From IMG/VR virus record IMGVR_UViG_3300021387_000075: a DNA stretch of 64,000 nucleotides. One strand, written 5' to 3'. Each line of letters begins with the position of its first letter. Within the stretch, counting starts at the first letter, position 1. This DNA comes from a virus (lineage: Duplodnaviria; Caudoviricetes). The notes beneath the pieces are model-generated. The model was not told the DNA's origin, did not search any database, and saw nothing but the letters and a program-made list of their open reading frames with translations. Positions 51,698-60,834 of this stretch are shown here, in pieces. The translations under genes were made by a program, and so were the position numbers.

Positions 51698-52243
51698 GTA
51701 TTTTTCCAAAAACTCATATTTGATTTGCTCTAAATTTACAGGATAGCAATCATGTGCGTCCATTTCTACATGATAGCATTTCTTATCCCAATCAGCCCAC
51801 CGGTCTTGTGTATGTGAGTGCCCGCATAGATTCGCTACTTTGCGCCAAGCTTCGTTATTAGTTGTAAGCGTGGGATAATGTGAAAGATAAAAACTCCACT
51901 TACCACTTTTAATTATAGTAGCATAAGAATTACGAGGCGAACCAAGCAGCTGGATATTAGGGCACTGAGGTAAGATTTTCTCAATCTTTCCTAGGGTATC
52001 GTGATTTCCAAGTATCCATATCTGATTGCCTTTAAGGCGCTGAAGATAAGGAATTGCCGCATCAACATCGCTAAGAGAAATATCTCCTAAATTATATACC
52101 CAGTCTTCATCCTTTACAACTGAATTCCACCGTTCTACAATAGTCTCACACATTTCTTCGGTAGAAGTAAAACCGCGCGGCTCAAAGAGAAAGGGCTTAT
52201 TGTGCATCAGGTGTAAATCACTAGTAAGCCAAATTTCACTCAT
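51677..52243 (-). CDS. calcineurin-like metallophosphoesterase
   Basis: SDLH, LGD, GNHD, SHYP, GHSH. Confidence 0.9.
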   Translation of the reverse strand: MSEIWLTSDLHLMHNKPFLFEPRGFTSTEEMCETIVERWNSVVKDEDWVYNLGDISLSDVDAAIPYLQRLKGNQIWILGNHDTLGKIEKILPQCPNIQLLGSPRNSYATIIKSGKWSFYLSHYPTLTTNNEAWRKVANLCGHSHTQDRWADWDKKCYHVEMDAHDCYPVNLEQIKYEFLEKYLTSFQN

Positions 52244-52772
52244 TAGTACCTCCATATTGATACGGCCAATTTAAGTAAGAATAATTGTTAGGGTCGCCCT
52301 CCCCTACATCAATGATTTGAATCGCGCGAGGATCTTCATCTAATGTAGGAATAACGTAACTACGGAACATACCAGAAATAACATCAATACCGACTTGCGC
52401 TAAACCCTCACGTCCCATATCATTTAATACGCACTGGTCAAAAGTAGTATGAAATACCACATAGATAATTTCGTAATCTTTGTAATAAGTATCAATGGCC
52501 TGAGTCAAACGCTTGCGCGAAGCCTTGGTTAGATGTGTAGCATCAGCAATTACATCAAATCCATCAACGAGGGTTGCGCGCAAAGTGCCGGTAAATTGCC
52601 GATATACTTCGGTTTCATGCGCGAAATAATCATCATCTTCTTCTAACATAGAGAAACGAATTTCGTCCCGAGATACATAACGAATGTCATCTTCGGTATT
52701 ATTTAAAAAATTATGCGCCCAAGTGCTTTTTCCGCATCCGCTCGGGCCACAAAGAATATAAAGTTTAGGCAT
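52236..52772 (-). CDS. polynucleotide-kinase-like P-loop kinase (AAA_33)
   Basis: CGPSGCGKSTWA, VSRDEIR, ADATHL...R. Confidence 0.85.
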   Translation of the reverse strand: MPKLYILCGPSGCGKSTWAHNFLNNTEDDIRYVSRDEIRFSMLEEDDDYFAHETEVYRQFTGTLRATLVDGFDVIADATHLTKASRKRLTQAIDTYYKDYEIIYVVFHTTFDQCVLNDMGREGLAQVGIDVISGMFRSYVIPTLDEDPRAIQIIDVGEGDPNNYSYLNWPYQYGGTNE

Positions 52773-53190
52773 TTTTCTCCTCCCATAATAAGCAAGTGTG
52801 GTTATCGGGCAGTGGCCCGCCATATTCACACTCATGATATGTATTATATTTATCTGACATATCGAGACAACGCTTACATGCGAAACAGTCTCGATTTTCT
52901 TTCCACTCTTTTTGTTGATGTTTTAGTATATCATCATAATTTTTATTAAAAAGATCACGAAGTAAATTCAATTCTTTATCTCCTTCGGAAGTTCTCCAGT
53001 AGTCATAAAGATATAAGAATTAAGAATGTTAATACTGTCTGTATGTACCGGAATATTTATTGGAAAGCCAGTATGCTCGTCATACCCATGAATAAAAGCG
53101 TCATACTTATCATACTCAACATTATTTTCCATTCTTACATCCCCTTCCTTTCATAAAAATTATACTATAATTTTTAAAAAAAGTCAAATA

Positions 53191-53218
53191 AAAAATGGCG
53201 GTAATTTTACTTACCGCC
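53191..53218 (-). terminator. intrinsic terminator followed by a promoter
   Basis: GGCGGTAA-GTAAAA-TTACCGCC then ATTTTTTATTTGAC. Confidence 0.8.
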
Positions 53219-53224
53219 GATTAT

Positions 53225-53610
53225 GATTGCCAGTCTTAAGGGGCGACTTTTGCCTTTAACGCATTATCCCACTGGCGCCGCACGGTGGCGATTTTAGGTG
53301 CCGCCGCCATCACACCTATGATACACGGTCGTTATTATACAGAGTGACCGGTACCTCTGAGGCCGATTTAACGAGCTGGCCGCGTACTCGAATACCTAGC
53401 GTTTCAGACTCTTTTAGCGCGGTTGTGCCTCGAACAGGGCTGCAAAGAAAAATAGTTCGATATTTTGACAGTATCGCTTACACGCATAGTCCTCTACAGA
53501 GTCATGGGGCTTTAGGACTCATCTCGTATAGCTGGATTCACATTTCATATCCCCTACTTACGAGAGATGGTTACATATTTTTATTGCGCCGGTTCCCATC
53601 AAGCGCATAT
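53225..53610 (-). ncRNA. candidate ~390-nt structured RNA with three tandem H-type pseudoknots
   Basis: No credible ORF, GC-richer than flanks; pseudoknot pairings at 53361-53390, 53326-53359 and 53286-53318; ends at a terminator. Confidence 0.55.
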
Positions 53611-53612
53611 GA

Positions 53613-55329
53613 TCAATCATGCTCAAAAGCATGATCAATTTCTTCTTTTTCAATACAATGGCTTTCATCACTATTAAGAAGCATTTCTTTTACATGAATA
53701 TCAAAAGCACCATCATAGTCATTAGATACATAACGAGCAGCATCACTTATAGTAGAAGCGAATACAATTCCCTCAGACGTTATTTCTTTATCTTCAAATT
53801 TACTATACCAATCAACCTGATACTTATAAAACATTACTTTCGCTCCTTTCGATAATCAATGCGGGCGCTATAAGGATTGGGGATTTCTTCCCAAACTTTA
53901 CAATCTTCGATTATAAAATCATTAAAATCATGCCAGAATCTCCAATCCATATCGAGACCATCGTACCATTTAGTACGAGTAATACCAGTCTTTCGATCGT
54001 GCATGGTAAGATAAGCGTGCATCAGACCGCCACTTCCATCCTCAAACCATTCCATGTCAGTTGCAGTTTGAGAGACATAAAAACGCCCACGCCATAGTTC
54101 ATCATCTTCAATACACTTATTTACATAGCGGCAATACTGATTAAACCAACGCTGATGATTCTTACGCTTATGAGATTTCATACTGTATTTTCTCATGAAT
54201 TACTCACCCTTTCATTCCATTCTTTGAATAGCGTATAATCATCTTCAGAACCCAGATGGATAAACCAACTATCATACCAATGAGGAAAAGAAGTAGAAAT
54301 AACTTGACAGGCATTTGGACAGCAAACCATTCTGCGCCTAATTTCATTTTTCCTAGTAATACAATCATAAATCTTAGGCATGCGTCCGCAACGAGGACAA
54401 GGCTTAATTCTCAACTTATTTTCTCCCCTTTCTGTATGATTATTATACCAGAAATTTGATTTAAAGTCAAATATTAGGATGCCATTCTTCAATTTCTACT
54501 CCATGCGCGCGAATCCAATCCTGTACAGGCCAACGCTCACTACATGGATTATCATATTTTTCAAAGAACACAAATGCGAAGTTGATGTCATTAAAGTGTT
54601 CATTTTTGCATATTGCATCATGGAGGTTATGCAAATTTTGCATAAAGTGTTTAAAATCAAGTGCATCTAATTGCTTACGATACTCGCGCAAGAAAGCGCA
54701 GTCATCTGGATGCTTTGGATTACATTTACCATTACAAAGGCCATCGCAAGAATGACCTGGCCGCAATGGCTCACAATGGAGACTAATGATTCCACGCTTA
54801 TCCATTCCACCTACATTATACCATTTCGGCGGCCAAATGGTTGTATTTAAAACTACTAAATTAGTTGGAAAGTGACGAACTTGCGCCCAATAGGATGTAT
54901 ATAATTTCATTTAAAACTCCTTATCTTATTCCAATTAAACTCATACCCGCATTTTGGGCATTTAGAAATTTTTTGATAAATACGTTCCATACAGCCAGGG
55001 CACCATGTCAGCAGTCTATCATTGTCATCTTTATAAGCCTTAGATTTTTTTAATCGTTTGGCATCTTCTCGTGCTTGCTGGATATCAGCGTTTACATCAA
55101 AACTCATATTTCCTCACCATACAACTGCTCGTGTAGTTTCAATTCTTGGTTCTTGTACGCCCCAATCATAGAATGTTCCGCATCGGTCACAAGCATTATA
55201 GGACTTATATCGCTGTCCAATATATTCTCCACATGTTGGGCAGAAATACTCTATGGCATACCAAGAGTGCCAGCCATCTTCATCATATTTTTTAACAATT
55301 TTTGCACTAGGTCTAATTTTAGAAATCAT
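53613..55329 (-). other. cluster of small hypothetical ORFs including a DUF488-like protein (54467..54910) and CxxC proteins
   Basis: ORF track; LYTSY...EKYDNPCSER resembles DUF488-type proteins. Confidence 0.6.
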
Positions 55330-55678
55330 TTTTACTCCCTCATTTAAATTTTTGCTTTAAAGCAAAGTTCATAGTACCGTATTTATTATATTTTAAATAA
55401 TAATAAACCAAAGCAATAACTCCGAATAGCAGATTTTTCTATGGATAATATCTAGGATTTCCTTGACAAGTTACAACTACTGTCCAATTATAATTCTTAT
55501 TCATAATTTACCCTCAATAAAATTAGATGTGCTATTACGCCAAATTTCTTTTCTATTACCCACCGCACTTCATACTTATAGGGCATATAATTGTAAGCCT
55601 ATAATACATTTCGCACGAATGGAGAAAAGAAAACTCTTTAGCTGATGGCTGCTTCTAAGCCCACAGTTCTAAATTAAG

Positions 55679-55765
55679 CGACACTAGCACGACTCGAACG
55701 TGCATACCCTTTTACAGATACCCTCGTCTTAGCAGGACGGGGCGTTACCATTCCGCCATAGTGTC
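55679..55765 (-). tRNA. tRNA-Ser(GCT)
   Basis: GACACTA/TAGTGTC acceptor, CT-GCT-AA loop, long variable arm, GTTCGAGTC. Confidence 0.9.
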
Positions 55766-56064
55766 ATTCTTCTTTATGATACTTGTATTCCTCTGGAAGA
55801 ATTACTTGAAGGAATTGTCTAAAATATTTTGCCATATCTTCAGTAGATTTGAAACCAACAATTGTTTGTGGTTCATATGCACATTTATATAACACCATAT
55901 CCATTATTCTTAAACAATTATAAACTTCTTTTAACTTATCTTCCATAATACCTCCAATAAATAAAACGCCGCGGAAGAGTTGCAGATACTACTCTGCCTC
56001 TTACAACAGGAACAATCCAACGCGGCAAATCTATTAGCGCCGAAGCGCGAATATTTAATTAAAC

Positions 56065-56160
56065 TAGGCCATTGTGATTTGAAGGACTTGAACCTTCTCA
56101 AAAATTTTATGAAAGCAAATTTTCTTTAACCTATTTTTGAAATTATGCTGTAATGGCCTA
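56065..56160 (-). ncRNA. Y-RNA-like element A: terminal stem + ACAGC, enclosing degenerate tRNA arms
   Basis: TAGGCCATT/AATGGCCTA stem followed by ACAGCA; perfect T-arm GAAGG-TTCAAGT-CCTTC. Confidence 0.6.
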
Positions 56161-56165
56161 TAAAC

Positions 56166-56279
56166 TAGACAGTATTAGTACGCCGCTCTACCAATTGAGC
56201 TATCTTCCTAAAGGAAAAAATGGACTCGAACCATTAACACGCGGATCCTCAGTCAAGAAAATAAGGCTGTAACTGTCTA
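56166..56279 (-). ncRNA. YrlA-like circularly permuted tRNA mimic (T-arm, closed acceptor stem, D-arm)
   Basis: TAGACAGT/ACTGTCTA terminal stem + TACAGC; AATGG-TTCGAGT-CCATT, TTTTCC-TTTA-GGAAGA, TA-GCTC-AATTGGTA-GAGC in that order. Confidence 0.8.
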
Positions 56280-56283
56280 TAAG

Positions 56284-56357
56284 TCCGAGTAGCGAGATTT
56301 GAACTCACGACTTCCTGCTCCCGAAGCAGGCGCTCTACCAAGCTGAGCTACACCCGG
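56284..56357 (-). tRNA. tRNA-Pro(CGG)
   Basis: CCTGC-TTCGGGA-GCAGG anticodon arm; TAGCTCAGCTTGGTAGAGC; GTTCAAATC. Confidence 0.93.
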
Positions 56358-56465
56358 AAATGCGGCTTTCGCCGCGAACGAAAGGAGATGATTCACAAAT
56401 GTTTTGCAAGCTCAATTCTGTTGCCTCTTATATCTACTCTTATCTCTCTTTCTGTAATTATTATA

Positions 56466-57458
56466 TCATAAATTTTCTTCATTGTCAAGCATTTGATCTT
56501 TCATTTCTTCAAGTTTGCGCCTATCGGAAATTGTATTTTCACCATGTTTAGATAGTCCTCGGCACAAAGGGCATGAGCAATAGATAGCGTTTTTTGAATA
56601 TTGATGAAGGTTATCATACCATCCTTCAGGCCAACGATAAACTTCTTCTACAATTTTACGCTTACGAATAGCTTTCTTCCAATCATTATGACGTTTCTCT
56701 GCGGTATTACGCATAGGCATCACTCCCATGGATATTTATTTATTTTTACTGGTATATCATTATACCACTTTTTACGCGCTCCGCAATTGGGACAATAGCG
56801 ATATAAAAGATTGATTTCTTGCTTCAGATTAAAGCCTTGTTTATTGCGCGAACAAGCATAATCAAAGCCACATGAGCAATGAGCGTACCATGCTATATCA
56901 CCTAAGTATTTTCTTATTTCCCAATGATGATCAATACTCCGGCCCTTCCTCATGGCGCCTCCATAAATATAACTGGCTTTCCGTGCTTATACGCGTAAGC
57001 AATTTCACTTTTAGTGCTTTCACCAATATATCCATTCTTATTGATTATAAAAATTTCATCAGCCATATCAATTTTACGCTTGTGGATATCATCGAGCATT
57101 ATTTTTTGTTCTTCGGTAAAAACATCCCCACTATGGCCAAAGCACCCTACGCTAAGTACAATATTACCAGCAAGAGTAAGTTCTTTATTAACACGTTCAA
57201 AATCCTCCTTGAAACGAGTACTTCCGCATAGCGTTATTACATGATAGTTACCAATCATTCACCCACCGCCTTAGAAATAAAATCATGAAGATACATAAGA
57301 AAATCTTCATCTTCCACATAAAAAGGATCATTACCATGCTCGTTTTTATATGCTAAACAAGCATTCACCATTAGCTGGCTCAGGCGCCAATCAGGAACCA
57401 TTCCCCAAATTGTAGCAAGCGCATCGCAATAAGGTTTAATTCGATTTGGATTTCTCAT
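56466..57458 (-). other. four small ORFs, including 56950..57258 (deoxyribosyltransferase/TIR-like fold)
   Basis: ITLCGSTRF...KIDMADEIFIIN..GYIGESTKSEIAYA. Confidence 0.65.
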
Positions 57459-57561
57459 GTATATCCTCCAATTATCAAAATAATGCGGTTTCCCGGGTAT
57501 CCTTGTAAGAGCACATTACCGCAAAGAGCTATCTTACCTTTCTTATCCCTATGCTTAAAAG

Positions 57562-57632
57562 CAGGGGAACTAGGATTCGAACCTAGACCACAAATTTTGG
57601 AGATTCGGATGCTGCCGTTACACCATTCCCCT
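57562..57632 (-). tRNA. tRNA-Trp(CCA)
   Basis: CGAAT-CTCCAAA-ATTTG; GGTTCGAATCC. Confidence 0.92.
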
Positions 57633-57733
57633 ACGTGCACCATTTTCTCATAACGTTATAAACGGTGCCAAACTTGTCCGGATAGGAATGACGGTCATGA
57701 CTCCGTCTTACTGGCCCCTATCAGCCAGCATCG

Positions 57734-57806
57734 TGCGCCATCGGAGACTCGAACTCCGCACGCCAGCATTAAAAGTGCTGTGCTCTACCAGATGAGCTAA
57801 TGGCGC
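57734..57806 (-). tRNA. tRNA-Lys(TTT)
   Basis: CAGCA-CTTTTAA-TGCTG; GTTCGAGTC. Confidence 0.95.
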
Positions 57807-57810
57807 ATAT

Positions 57811-57885
57811 TGGTGCCTAGGGGTGGAATCGGACCACCGCATGGGAGATTTTCAGTCTCCAGCCTTTCCATTTGGCTACCCAGGC
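57811..57885 (-). tRNA. tRNA-Phe(GAA), CCA encoded
   Basis: GGAGA-CTGAAAA-TCTCC; variant T-loop TCCGATT. Confidence 0.9.
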
Positions 57886-58108
57886 ACGAAGAGCGGACGC
57901 ATCCGCTCAACGAAGGCTTAGGCCGAAGCCAACCGCCGCAATTCATTTTTGTATAATTCTATAAGTATATGTTGGCATATGATAGTCTTTCGACCATTTA
58001 CCTTTACCGAAGTAGAATCGAAAATAATCATTATGTTCTTCTACTCCTTCAATTTCATATTGGCTACTCATCTCAACCCAATGATTTGTTAATTCAACTA
58101 TCATTAAA

Positions 58109-58648
58109 TTACGGCCATTCTCCCAATGGGAAACCAAGTCCTGCGCGCTCTACATTCGTGTTGAAAAATACACCTGCTGTTGCGGGGCCAGTTAAAAGCT
58201 CGCTGGCAATAGTTTCATAAAGGGTGCTAATAATGCCGTGGCAATCGTTTAGATTATCCGCAGCAAACTGTACTACACAGTTATTAAATACAACATAAGT
58301 AGTACCAATCCATTGGTAGCCTTCTTCGGCTGGGCACTTGGAATATGCGTAAGCCGGATTCTTCGAGAAAGCCGTATCAAATAGCTCAACCTTACTTGTG
58401 AAAGCACGGTTACTGGGCTTACCATCAACAATTACCTTTAGTGTCACATTGCCAAACTTAATTTCTTCAGGTAGAATTTGTAGAAGAGCAGCAACCTTAT
58501 CCCCGTTGTTACAAGCTAGAACAACGCAAGGATGGGAGCCAGAAAAGTCAGTATTAAAAGCAATCTGTGGATCACCATCAAATAGAGCTTCTAGCTTTCT
58601 GATTACAATTGTCCAGGGTGGTAGAATCTTTAGTCTCGGTTCATTCAT
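58109..58648 (-). CDS. hypothetical protein within tRNA cluster
   Basis: GGAGG RBS before MNEPRLKILPPW; VVQFAADNLND..G..STLYE. Confidence 0.75.
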   Translation of the reverse strand: MNEPRLKILPPWTIVIRKLEALFDGDPQIAFNTDFSGSHPCVVLACNNGDKVAALLQILPEEIKFGNVTLKVIVDGKPSNRAFTSKVELFDTAFSKNPAYAYSKCPAEEGYQWIGTTYVVFNNCVVQFAADNLNDCHGIISTLYETIASELLTGPATAGVFFNTNVERAGLGFPLGEWP

Positions 58649-58694
58649 ATTATAGGTACCTCCAAAATGAATTATATGCGCTTTTCGCGCAAAG

Positions 58695-58766
58695 TCTCCA
58701 GCCGACGATTTGAACGCCGATTTCATGGTCCGTAGCCATGTGTTCTCTCCCTTAGACTAGCCGGAG
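58695..58766 (-). tRNA. tRNA-Arg(ACG)
   Basis: CATGG-CTACGGA-CCATG; GTTCAAATC. Confidence 0.88.
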
Positions 58767-58885
58767 ATAGTGTGCTACCTTTATGGGCCGTGGTCCGCAT
58801 GCAAAGCCTAAGCGTGTGCCCTCTCGCAGTAGTAGCACGGGATGCGTCAAATCCATCCACTGGGTTGTCAGCTGAACAACAATCG

Positions 58886-58959
58886 TACCTCCCATGAGAT
58901 TTGAACTCATACTGTATACGTTCTTAGCGTATTATCTCTGCCAGTTGGATTAGAGAGGC
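58886..58959 (-). tRNA. tRNA-Leu(AAG) lacking a long variable arm
   Basis: ATACG-CTAAGAA-CGTAT; 74 nt; discriminator A. Confidence 0.85.
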
Positions 58960-59131
58960 ATAGATACTTTGTTAGGCTCTGCAGCGCCTATCTAACAGGC
59001 TTCAAAGTATAATTGCCTGGCCCTTTCATCATCGGTGCAAATGCTCACGCTTGTTTATTATAGTCCCTGCATTGTGAGGCCCCAAGACTTTCCATTTTGC
59101 CGATTGAATACGGTAAGCGCATGGATACGCT

Positions 59132-59217
59132 TGGTGCGCCGGGGTGGAGTCGAACCACCGATGTTTCTTCGTCGTGGATTTACAGTCCACTGTCTTCGCC
59201 ACTGGACATACCGACGC
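59132..59217 (-). tRNA. tRNA-Tyr(GTA), CCA encoded
   Basis: GTGGA-CTGTAAA-TCCAC; long variable arm; GGTTCGACTCC. Confidence 0.93.
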
Positions 59218-59480
59218 ATAATACGCGGTCTAAGGTGCCGCAAACCCTATCCTTGAACCGCAGGAACTCAGGATAGATTAGTTCCATATAATATCAAGCA
59301 GAGCAGACATAATCTGTTTCATATATTGCTATTGTTCCTACAGCTCAATGGTTACTTGATTTTTACCAACCACTCGCATCCCACCGCCCTGTTCTACTCG
59401 GTTAGAGGTCACTGTCACGTTATTCACGAACTTCCTCATCGCCTAAGTAGTCATGCGCCAAAGCCTTGTCCGTTGGTATA

Positions 59481-59702
59481 TTAAAATGTTTTAATTTCAA
59501 GTTCTTCTGCTTTAACATAAGGCCGTTCATCCGGGCCCTTACTGTAATCCATCCACCAATAACTATGAGATTCAATCTGTGATTTCTTCAATTCAACATA
59601 TGCTGCAATGTTATTTGTGTTTACATATTCTCTTTCTATACGCCAATTTCTACATTCACAATCAGTATACCGTTCAATAAAAACCACATAAATCTTTTTC
59701 AT
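59481..59702 (-). CDS. hypothetical protein
   Basis: 73-aa ORF with AAAGGA RBS. Confidence 0.6.
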   Translation of the reverse strand: MKKIYVVFIERYTDCECRNWRIEREYVNTNNIAAYVELKKSQIESHSYWWMDYSKGPDERPYVKAEELEIKTF

Positions 59703-59727
59703 AATTTTTTCCTTTCAGAATTTTTAA

Positions 59728-59802
59728 TGGAGCCTCCAGACGGATTCGAACCGCCATAAGCGCCTTACGAAGACGCCGTACTTGCCGTTGTACGATGGAG
59801 GC
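59728..59802 (-). tRNA. tRNA-Thr(CGT), CCA encoded
   Basis: GCGTC-TTCGTAA-GGCGC; GGTTCGAATCC. Confidence 0.92.
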
Positions 59803-59916
59803 ATAGTTGAGAGGGAAAGGCGCGATGGTGTTCCGCGCTAGCCGTTTATTGTCATTTCTAAGTCCTCGTCAGGACTTAAGTCCTCGTCAGGATTTTCCTT
59901 CCCTCTTAACATAATT

Positions 59917-59945
59917 ATTATAACAAAATTTTTATTAAAAGTCAA
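59917..59945 (-). promoter_or_regulatory. sigma70-type promoter driving the tRNA/ncRNA cluster
   Basis: TTGACT-N17-TATAAT with extended -10 TG. Confidence 0.8.
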
Positions 59946-60017
59946 ATATTAATTTAATAAGCATTTGAAAATGGATATACTATAAGCATAAAGAATATCA
60001 GTAATCCAATTATAAAT

Positions 60018-60416
60018 TTAAATTTCATGTTTTACCTCTTCTCTAAAAAAGTAAAGTAAGTAAGTATCTGGTTCTAAGCCAGTAAAGTCTACAACAATGC
60101 CTAAATCTTCAGTAATTTCAGCGTCATATAAATATAAGTCATTGTTAATTAGTGCAGACTTGATATGATCATCTGGATGAATTTCAACTGGAATATACCA
60201 AGTAACTTTTTCATAAGGCTTATCTACAATTACCTATACAGCTTCAATTAGTTCGTAACATTCTAAGTCGAAGTCAAATAGTGCTGGATCACATTCTTCA
60301 AACTACATTTCAGGGTCGCATGTAATTAAAGACTTGGTAGATACAGACGGCGCGGCCGCGGCGAATAAGGGAAACGTAAGTAATAAACATAATATAAGTA
60401 AAATAAGTTTTTTCAT
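60018..60416 (-). CDS. putative secreted acidic protein with signal peptide (2 TAG)
   Basis: MKKLILLILCLLLTFPLFAAAAP...; 133 codons to TAA; AGGAGA RBS. Confidence 0.75.
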
Positions 60417-60417
60417 T

Positions 60418-60834
60418 TTAACTCTCCTATGATAAATAAAATGTCACCTAAGACATTAATTTTTTACTAAAGTAAACAATTTCTAAAACATCTGTATTTG
60501 TTGTGAATATTTTAGGTAAAAACTAATAGTGCATATTTACCTATGTATAGTATTCTACATAATTTAATCCAATTTTACAGAAAAAATAAAATCTAATCCA
60601 TGCTTGTTCTGTAATATTGTATGAAGTAATACTCCATAATTTAGCGCATACTTTATCAATAAATTGAATTGCTCTTGGCATATCCTTCCTAGAATAATTA
60701 CTGTCATAAAGTAAATTACCAATTAGTATTATAGAATTAGTGGATTCTGTATTTAAGTATAACGATAAATCTTCAGTAGAAAAATTAGAGCACCTTTTAA
60801 ACGCGAATAATAAATGTAAATAAGCAGTATTCAT
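60418..60834 (-). CDS. hypothetical protein in rSAM cluster (4 TAG)
   Basis: Extends track ORF 60541..60834 to TAA at 60418, 1 bp before the next ATG. Confidence 0.7.

Noticed and set aside
53225-53610. Canonical tmRNA
   Set aside because: No acceptor stem, T-arm or CCA end, and no clear tag reading frame was identified; kept only as an unassigned ncRNA candidate.
2086-59256. Plus-strand ORFs in the track (e.g. 17472..17933, 44567..45226, 50263..50916)
   Set aside because: They are antisense shadows of well-supported minus-strand genes, with no motifs or RBS seen.
59261-59340. Third Y-RNA-like element (AGGAAC-AATAGCAA...GTTCCT)
   Set aside because: The stem is only 6 bp, the motif is ATAGC rather than ACAGC, there are no tRNA arms, and a competing pairing exists.
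59364-59478. RNase P RNA (GAGGAAGTTC resembles GAGGAAAGTCC)
   Set aside because: Too short, and the conserved 3' P4 partner could not be identified.
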